Origin: Eledone cirrhosa
Taxonomy: Eukaryota
Direction of reading: 5' to 3'
Assembly (NCBI GenBank): GCA_964016885.1
Contig: OZ024740.1
Span: 290,284,001-290,348,000 of the forward strand
Length of the DNA: 64,000 nt
The position numbers were made by a program, and so were the translations under genes. Positions 53,944-64,000 of this stretch are shown here, in pieces (position 1 is the first letter of the stretch; each line of letters begins with the position of its first letter). A model generated the notes under the pieces. The model saw nothing but the letters and a program-made list of their open reading frames with translations, searched no databases and was not told the origin of the DNA.

Positions 53944-54022
53944 CCCGTTGATGAAGCCGCATACGCCGATTATGCAGTGCACCTTACTGCTGTATTAAGT
54001 GCGGCCGAAACTCGAGTCCGGG
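53944..54022 (+). ncRNA. Type-I hammerhead variant (UUGAUGA core) in an ~490-bp insert between (TA)n tracts
   Basis: CCCG-TTGATGA-AGCCGCA..TGCGGCC-GAAA-CTCGAG-TC^CGGG. Palindromic stem III ACTCGAGT, GUC triplet. Confidence 0.8.
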
Positions 54023-54234
54023 AACTATTATAAGCACCCGTTTTACGTGTGTTGTATTGAAGCGAATAACTATGTGTATACTCTTGGAATGTATCTTACA
54101 TTGACCATTGAGTACGCTGAGATTCAACCGGTCCTGGCATTGATAAATATGCAAGGTCCGTCAACACCTTATTATATATATATATACATATGTATATATA
54201 AATATAACTATATTCGGTAAGTTTTGTCCCATAA

Positions 54235-56096
54235 CACTGGTCTGCGTTTCAAAACTTTTTTAAAAAGGTCAAGGATTTTCCAAATGATTTAGGACCCTTT
54301 TTGCATGCTGAATTCAAATCTCCCCATATCTGCTGCAAAACATGTGTAGAGAAGTTACGGGATTGTAGGAACAAGAAAAGGAAGAGTATGCCATTTGGTG
54401 TCCCAATGGTGTGGAGGGAAGGGAAAGATCACGTTACCGACTGCTACTTTTGCATGACAAATCTAAAAGGCATCAATCGCAAGAACAAGCACCATGTTCA
54501 ATACCCTGATGTTCCTTCTGCCATAAAGCCAGTCCCCCATGGCCCCGATCTTCCTGTTCCTGAGCCAAATGTCACCATGGAATCTAGTTCTGATTCCGAA
54601 TCTAGTGACATGATTGATACAGCTAAGTGTGATGAATACAGGTCAGAAGAGGACGACCAACCGGTGCCTTTGACCCAAGCCGAACTCAATGACCTGACAC
54701 AAGACCTGAACCTTTCGAAGGAGTCTGCCCAGCTACTGGATTCTCGTCTTCGAGAGAAACGTCTACTGGCGCCAGGAACAACATTCTATTGGTATCGGGA
54801 CCGCGAGAGAGAATTTAGAAAATTCTTCATGTTTGATGAAGCATCTTCACTGGTCTACTGTAGCAATATTGCTGACCTGATTGAATTACTTGGTCTGAAG
54901 TATGATGCTATGGAATGGAGACTTTTCATTGCCTCATCTAACAGAAGTCTCAAAGCAGTTCTTCTGAATATCGGAAACAAGTTTTCATCGACCCCTGTTG
55001 GGCACTCAGTTGAAATTAAAGAATCCCACAAAAGCATGGAACGTCTGTTGTCTGCTCTGAACTACCAGAAACATAAATGGTTGATCTGTGGAGATCTTAA
55101 AGTTGTTGGACTCATCCTAGGACTTCAAGGTGGTTACACAAAGTATCCATGTTTTCTGTACTTATGGGATAGCCGTGCTGATGACCAGCATTATGTCAGA
55201 TAAGAGTGGCCTTTAAGACAAGGATTAAAACCTGGATCACACAACGTTTTTTCCCACCCTCTGGTTGAACCGAGCAAGATATTGCTTCCAACCCTCCACA
55301 TCAAACTCGGTCTCATGAAAAACTTTGTAAAGGCATTGGACAGGGAAGGTGGAGGATTTGCTTTCCTCCATCAGAAGTTTCAACGAAAAGGCATGGAGAA
55401 AATTAAGGCAGGTATATTTGATGGTCCTCAAATAAGGGAAATCATCAAGGATACTAGTTTTGATGATGCACTGAATCCTGCTGAACTCTCTGCCTGGTTG
55501 TCCCTTAAGTCAGCCATTGCAAACTTCCTTGGCAACCACAGAAGTTCCCAGTATCAGAAGGTGGTTAATGAGTTAATGGAGAATTTCCGCCAACTTGGTG
55601 CGCGCGTGTCAGTGAAAATGCACTTCCCCCGGTCTCATCTGGATTATTTTCCAGAGAATTGTGGAGACTTCAGTGAAGAACATGGTGAGCGCTTTCACCA
55701 AGATATCAGTGTTATGGAGGAACGCTATCAAGGCCGATGGGATGTCAACTTTCTGGCCGACTACTGCTGGTGCCTAAAGAGGGATGCGCAGTCTGCTCAG
55801 CACAAACGGAAGTCCCTGAAGAGACCATTCATCCATGAGTAGCTTCCTTAGTTCATTATACTCTTCTTGCTATCTATTCAAAATATTTTGTAAGCCTTCT
55901 GTGAATAAATCAGTCTAATATTTTCAATATTGCGTTTTATTCACCTACAAATAGATCGGAATTTAGGATATTTTTAATGTGCTATTATTTCATTAACCTG
56001 ATCTGATTGAGTAAAATGAGCATGATTTTTGGATTCAGTGCAAAAAACTGGCCTAAAATCATGTATTATATGTTAGACCTTGAAAACATCGCAGTG
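54235..56096 (+). mobile_element. Chapaev3-like (CMC) DNA transposon, internally deleted
   Basis: CACTG...CAGTG termini with a shared subterminal GC..CTGAAT.CAAA motif, enclosing a transposase remnant. Confidence 0.75.
54322..55842 (+). pseudogene. Transposase pseudogene (N-truminus deleted, one stop at 55201-55203)
   Basis: PMVWRE..DH.TDCYFC, ICGDLKVV..LGLQGGYTKYPCF, LHIKLGLMKNFVKAL, GIFDGPQIR, SEEHGERFHQDI, ADYCW. The two listed ORFs are in the same frame. Confidence 0.88.
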
Positions 56097-56114
56097 TGTG
56101 TGTATAATTATAAT

Positions 56115-57120
<1,006 letters not shown>

Positions 57121-57205
57121 GGATATATGAGAGGGATGAACACCTTGACTACCTTGATTAAATCTTAACCATTTAACATGTCAGGGTATGTCATGTATCA
57201 TTTTA

Positions 57206-57269
57206 TTTTATCTGATGAGGACGTACTATTGCACTTGATTCAAGTACCTCTGAAATATGTATAATAAAA
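57206..57269 (+). ncRNA. Type-I hammerhead ribozyme in an ~200-bp insert between (TA)n tracts
   Basis: TTTTAT-CTGATGA-GGACGTACT..AGTACCTCT-GAAA-TATGTA-TA^ATAAAA. Confidence 0.78.
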
Positions 57270-57310
57270 TTTAATTGATCACAAGAACATCTATTTTATT
57301 AATATTTGAA

Positions 57311-57401
<91 letters not shown>

Positions 57402-57480
57402 CTTCATAATGCATGCAAAGACACTCTCTTTCTCTCTCACAGGCACACACAAACATAATATGTGTGAGTGTGAGCAGGCA

Positions 57481-58930
57481 TAACTTTGACTTATGATTTG
57501 GCCAATATTGGCCCAGTCATGTCAAGGTATTTCAAATCATGCTTCAGACCTCAGTTATGTTTTTGACACTCTGATCCACTCCAGAAAGGAGTTATTGGTG
57601 TCAGAAAATATTCAGGCGAAGGCATTTTATCCGGAATTTCTTGGAGAATTTGTTTAGAGATCTTTTTATGGGATCTTTCTCTGTCATGATGCATTCTTGT
57701 GTTATATACAAAATACGTGACTTAAGTGGAAATAGTTATGTCGTAATGCAGTTATGTGTTACGAAATCTATTTTTGTAGAGGCGGATAACACGGGGACCA
57801 AGCTTTGGGTGGATGTTAAAGTTGATATTACCATTGTTGGTGGAATATTTTCCTCATCGTACAAATGATGTAGTGTTAACGGTGGCGTGCGAGAGAGTAG
57901 AGTTTGCGTTTTCTAGTCAACACAAGTGGTCAAGGCATGGCATTTCGCCTATCGTTTTTTCTTATCGAACTCTAGATTGTACAATTTCCATATGCTTTTA
58001 TGTGTGTGGATATCAAAGCAACAACAATATTGAAGGTGGGGCCGGGAAAAGGTAGAGAAATGAAGGGTAACAGTATGAATGTTTCTAGACTGGAAAGTTT
58101 CAAATATTCAGCAACTCCACCTTAAGTTGCCGATAGATTCTCCAATGTTAGATATCTCCTGTTGCTAGATATCACGAGGGTTTCACCTGAGGGAAGAGAT
58201 AATGATAATTTAAGTGCAATCTCTTTCTGTTTAGTAGCATACTTTTTTGTGTGTTTGTTATTGTTGTTTTTACCCATTGAATAACACCAATCAGATCTGA
58301 TTTAAGGCATGTTCAGTCTCCCAATCTGTTGATGACTTTCTGGAGCTTGGAACCTCATTTTGCCATGCTTGATGACGTCTGTAATATCTTTGCTGTAAAT
58401 AATAAAGAGAAATGGTTCAAACACAGTGCCATATGGAATTCCACTAATGAATTTTGTTCAGCTTGATCGTACTCCTTCGATCACAACATTCTAGGTTCTG
58501 TTCACCAGGAAACACTAAATGCACTGTGGTGGCTTCCCATAAATTCTAATGCTGTATAGTTTCTTCAACAGGATGCTGTAATCAACCCTGTCAAATACCT
58601 TGCTGATGTCAAGGTATAGAACATTACCAAGGAATGTTAAACATTCCCTGTCATCGAGGAAACCATGCTAGTTGAAATTCAGGTGGGTTTTGCTTTCGAG
58701 AAAGTTAGTTATTCGGGATCTCACCATACTTTCAAATAATTGATGAGGGACATCGAATGATAATTCACTATAAGGGACTTGTTTCCCCTCTTGAAAGCTG
58801 GGATAGAAAATGTGGTGTGATATAGTCTGCGTCTAGCGAGTTCCTCCAGAGATTAGCTTTAGGGTACGCAAGTTGATGTTAACACCACTTCAGAACACTA
58901 GCAAGGCATCTATCGGGACCCACTTCTGCA
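57481..58930 (-). mobile_element. Decayed CR1/L2-group LINE, same family as 1725-3510
   Basis: Shared 3' tail and an AAGCT.CAGAAA.GTCATCAAC segment; LYLDISKVFDRVD on the minus strand near 58600. Confidence 0.75.
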
Positions 58931-59074
58931 GTGTGTTTCATTTTGTTAATTGTCACTATATATATGTACATACACATTACATATACATATGTACAAAGGC
59001 ATACATACACACGTTAACCTAATATATCCCTTCCATATACTGTACCGATTGTGTTGTTATTTCTGTTTACCTTT

Positions 59075-59218
<144 letters not shown>

Positions 59219-59289
59219 ACTAAAATATGTTGACAATCTTTTAATAATGTCTTCCTTGTGAAGTTTGTGGTCTTGTTTTGCTTAAATAA

Positions 59290-59330
<41 letters not shown>

Positions 59331-59368
59331 AGGAAGTTATAGTTCACTTTAAGCATTGTATAATGAGG

Positions 59369-59589
59369 TATAAACGTTTGTATGTGTAAAGCCAAAACAA
59401 TGCAGGTATGGACTTAGAATATAAATGTAAATGCAAAAGATATTGTTGACAATTAGTCTTTTACCTTAAATTTATTTAAATGTCTTTAAATAAATTTAAG
59501 GTAAAAGACTAATTGTGAACAATATCTTTTGCATTTACATTTATATTCTAAGTCCATACCTGCATTGTTTTGGCTTTACAAATACAAAC

Positions 59590-59596
<7 letters not shown>
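59369..59596. repeat. Near-perfect palindrome, ~112-bp arms and 4-nt loop
   Basis: 59369-59480 is the reverse complement of 59485-59596, with two substitutions seen. Confidence 0.92.
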
Positions 59597-59636
<40 letters not shown>

Positions 59637-59791
59637 CATACATATACTTGAACGCGTGTGTATGTTTATGTGCATGTGTGTTATGTGTATTGTGCGTCCG
59701 TGTATATGCGCGTTGTGTTGTATATGTGTTTACATAAGTCATAAGGAAAATGGGAAGCTGTCTGTACTGTCTCTGTATCTGTATCAGAAAA

Positions 59792-59901
<110 letters not shown>

Positions 59902-59973
59902 TCAGAACACATATACACTTATACATATGTATTTGTGTTTATGCATTTGGTGCACAGCATGAGGGTAGTATGC

Positions 59974-60031
<58 letters not shown>

Positions 60032-60176
60032 GCATATGCACTGACTGTGTGTTAATATGTTCATATGCACGAGGTACGCGCACGTCTGGAGTGAGTATAT
60101 ATATATATATATATATATATATACTCACTCTATACGTGCGCAAACACGCACACACACATATATATATTATATGTAT

Positions 60177-60298
<122 letters not shown>

Positions 60299-60749
60299 GT
60301 GTGCGTGTGTGCGTGCGTGCGTGTTTGTGTGTGCGTGTGCGCGCCTGTATATATATGTATTATGTATGTATATATGTCTGCATGTGTGTATGTATGTATG
60401 TATGTATGTTTGTATGTAAGTGTATATATGTATGCATGCATGTATATGAGTGCATATATATGTGTGTGTATGGACACAATTTGATACTGCTTCATACCTA
60501 TAGATATCACAGGAACAATCAGCAGAAACGAGGCTCTCTTTGATGACATTACCTGATGGCCGCCATTACACAATCCTACCTTTTATGGACGCCATTGTTT
60601 ACTGATGCTGATATTATTAACAGTTGTTATTGTCGTCGTTGTTGTTAACGTTGCTATTGATATTGTTTGCATCTTTGCTGATATTCTGGATATTGCTGCT
60701 GTTGTACTGTCGAAGTTATTGCTTTCGGTATATTTAAGTGTTGCAGCTG

Positions 60750-60840
60750 TTATGGTGGTGGTGGTGGTGGTGGTGGTGGTAGTAGTGGTGGTGGTAGTAG
60801 TGGTGGTGGTAGTAGTGGTGGTGGTAGTAGTGGTGGTGGC

Positions 60841-60902
<62 letters not shown>

Positions 60903-60903
60903 C

Positions 60904-60943
<40 letters not shown>

Positions 60944-61047
60944 TTCGTAGTAGTAATGGTAGTAGTAATAATGGTAGTAGTAATAATGGCGGTGGTGGCG
61001 GTGGTGGCGGTGGTGGTGTTGGTAGCAGTAGTAGTAGTAGTTGTAGT

Positions 61048-61109
<62 letters not shown>

Positions 61110-61189
61110 ATAATGGTAGTAGTAATAATGGCGGCGTTGGCGGTGGTGGCGGTGGTGGTGTTGGTAGCAGTAGTAGTAGTAGTAGTAGT

Positions 61190-61221
<32 letters not shown>

Positions 61222-61313
61222 ATGGTAGTAGTAATAATGGTAGTAGTAATAATGGCGGCGTTGGCGGTGGTGGCGGTGGTGGTGTTGGTAGCAGTAGTAG
61301 TAGTAGTAGTAGT

Positions 61314-61348
<35 letters not shown>

Positions 61349-61419
61349 ATGGTAGTAGTAATAATGGTAGTAGTAATAATGGCGGCGTTGGCGGTGGTGG
61401 TGTTGGTAGTGGTGGTAGC

Positions 61420-61456
<37 letters not shown>

Positions 61457-61521
61457 CTAGTAGCAGTAGTAGTAATGGTAGTAGTAATAATGGCGGCGTT
61501 GGCGGTGGTGGTGTTGGTAGC

Positions 61522-61570
<49 letters not shown>

Positions 61571-61641
61571 ATGGTAGTAGTAATAATGGTAGTAGTAATA
61601 ATGGCGGCGTTGGCGGTGGTGGTGTTGGTAGTGGTGGTAGC

Positions 61642-61702
<61 letters not shown>

Positions 61703-61773
61703 ATGGTAGTAGTAATAATGGTAGTAGTAATAATGGCGGCGTTGGCGGTGGTGGTGTTGGTAGTGGTGGTAGC

Positions 61774-61846
<73 letters not shown>

Positions 61847-61917
61847 ATGGTAGTAGTAATAATGGTAGTAGTAATAATGGCGGCGTTGGCGGTGGTGGTG
61901 TTGGTAGTGGTGGTAGC

Positions 61918-61977
<60 letters not shown>
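60750..61977. repeat. Higher-order (GTA/GTG)n minisatellite
   Basis: Cassette AATGGTAGTAGTAATAATGGCGGCGTTGGCGGTGGTGGTGTTGGTAG recurs ~8 times between variable (GTA)n runs. Confidence 0.92.
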
Positions 61978-62328
61978 TGACACTATTATTGCATTCGATA
62001 TTGATTTTTGTATGAATATTTTTTAAAATTATTATTATTGGTAGCATTGCTGCAGCCGCATTTATGATATTTTTATTAATATCAGTGTTGTCTTTGTTGT
62101 TTAATGACATACTCAGAGGAGGGAGAGCAGCGCATATGACACTTTTCAGAGCTCCGAACTAAGGGGAGCAAGGAAACGGTCTTTAAGCCTGGGACTTGAC
62201 CCGAATACTTGCAATCAAAATAGACAGCGTATAACACACCAAAGATCCAGGTGCTGGTGCTAAGACGGCCGACGGATTAAGTGCACCAATCTAATCCCAT
62301 GATTGAGCAGCCCTGTTTTTAAAGAAGT

Positions 62329-62370
<42 letters not shown>

Positions 62371-62489
62371 TCGATCGACAGGATCCCAGATCTCATACAC
62401 TTACCGAGTGGGGTGGAACTCATCAAATCGGACCAAGAAAACAACGTTTCTATTGGTTTTTCAATTGGTGATACTATCTACTGTTTGCA

Positions 62490-62605
62490 ACTCCTTGTAG
62501 ACGTGAAGTAAAGTGTCTTGCTCAAACACGTAGCTCATCGCCCGGTCCGGGAATTGAACTGGCAAGCGCCAGCTTGAGAATCCAATTCCCTAACCACTAA
62601 GCCAT
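62490..62605 (-). mobile_element. tRNA-derived SINE 5' fragment
   Basis: Minus strand has an A-box TGGCTTAGTGG, a B-box GTTCAATTCC, then TTGAGCAAGACACTTT. Confidence 0.65.
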
Positions 62606-63199
62606 GGACCTTCACAAAAGAAGTTCTAGTCATAATATATCTAGAACTAGACTATAAATGCATCCAACCTTCTTTAGATAATAATTTAGTTTGAAGAAGA
62701 TTTGGCTGCAATATCTATGAAATCTCATGACCATGTACAGGATCGGTTGTTGGCTTGTTATCACATTAGGAGGTGACTGTGGAAAGTACGTGTTATGTCA
62801 ATTGCTTTACTGTGATGAAAGCATTTACTGTGATGGAAGATATTCTGCAGAATATCTATCAGGGTGCATATGTTCACCTTTCTGTCTTTGATTATGATAT
62901 CTATATCGCACGCTGTGACCCTTTCGTCTATAATGACATGTCCCAGAGATTTCTTACAATGTCTTTAGTACATAATGAACTTAGTGTATTCTCAAACTAT
63001 TTTCAGGTTTCATGTGAAACCTCAGACATATATCCGAATGGACGCTGTCGTCTACTTCGTTATATCAATAGATAGATATACTTTATATTCTTGACAGTCG
63101 GAAATGATGTAGTCTAGTGTTTCTTTCCATTATGTTTAAACTTGATGGTAGTCTCGTATTTTATTATATTATTTTAGTAGCTTTTTTGGCGAGATATTG

Positions 63200-63810
63200 A
63201 TCTTATGCAGTTAAATCGGATCTTTGGCGGAAAGCGTTCAATGACGGATTAGCGAACTAGTTAAGTAGTAGTTGACGGAACTATCGTCAACAAAGGGTGG
63301 TGGTTCTCTCTGAAAAGATCTATTAGATTAGAATCGATCTGGTTTAGCAATGAAGTAAAGATGACAAATAATAGATTAGAGAAGTAACTTGACAGCAGAT
63401 CAGGACCGAAATACTAGCAGTGAAATAAGTACTTGTCTATCCTTTTGATGAGAAATAAAAAGGTTTCGTTGTCAGATATGCGGAGGGCTCGGGTGGAGGT
63501 GCATGCAATTCGGAGTAGCTAAGCATATGCTGTTTTCTAATTGCATTGTGTCTCAAATACAGTAGATGGTAGCGTGCAAACATGTGTGATTCCTGGTAGG
63601 TCTATCCATGATAACATCCATCTCATGTGATACATCACAGCAAGAGTGAGCAATAAACTTCGCTTCAATGAAGCTCTAATAAATTTGAATCAATCTACAA
63701 TTTTTGATGGGATTAGCGGCTGTTCTCAGTGCATCCAATTTCCGTTCCGTTTCCAGAGGGTGGATCACGTCAACATACAGCATCAACTGCTCGGTGGTCA
63801 GTCTAAGTTA
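63200..63810 (+). mobile_element. Highly decayed L1/Tx1 ORF2 fragment
   Basis: Nucleotide similarity to 32330-32450 and 33190-33330 (QTCVIPGRSIHDNIHLM, ALINLNQS). Confidence 0.75.
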
Positions 63811-64000
63811 CCTTGTCGGCATACCCGACCGACGTTAATATGATGGTATTGAACACGAGAGGAAAGAAGGTGGTCAGCGTCATAATGAAGGAATACATTG
63901 TGGTAATAAGATAAATGATTTCACCAAAATTCGGTGGGTTTATAATCGGGCACCTGACGAGGTATGGTTCATTCATATGCAGTTTTTTCTGCAACTGAAA

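Noticed and set aside
62490-62605. tRNA gene
   Set aside because: A and B boxes present but no cloverleaf; continues into SINE body.
62769-63075. Cys-containing ORF or possible host exon
   Set aside because: No domain match by eye and weak splice signals.

Overview
Repeat-dominated animal genomic DNA with no host gene that I can support. The microsatellite load and the SINE/LINE types resemble an Octopus-like cephalopod (inference). Retroelements: two tandem R4/Dong-type RLE retrotransposons in (CATA)n, one with an uninterrupted 1163-aa ORF; three head-to-tail decayed L1/Tx1 elements bounded by (TATC)n; a 5'-truncated Neptune-type Penelope element with an inverted terminal copy; CR1-like and RTE fragments; Nin-domain SINEs. 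DNA elements: two non-autonomous Helitrons, a Chapaev3-like transposon and MITEs. The main unannotated signal is non-coding: about 14 type-I hammerhead ribozyme motifs from about 7 sequence families. They include a tandem array of ~420-bp one-ribozyme units and a ~530-540-bp circularly permuted unit, both candidate retrozyme (circRNA) families with Penelope-like insertion footprints in (TA)n. Nearly all short ORFs in the track are microsatellite or antisense artefacts. Folds and alignments were done by eye, so boundaries may be off by a few bases.
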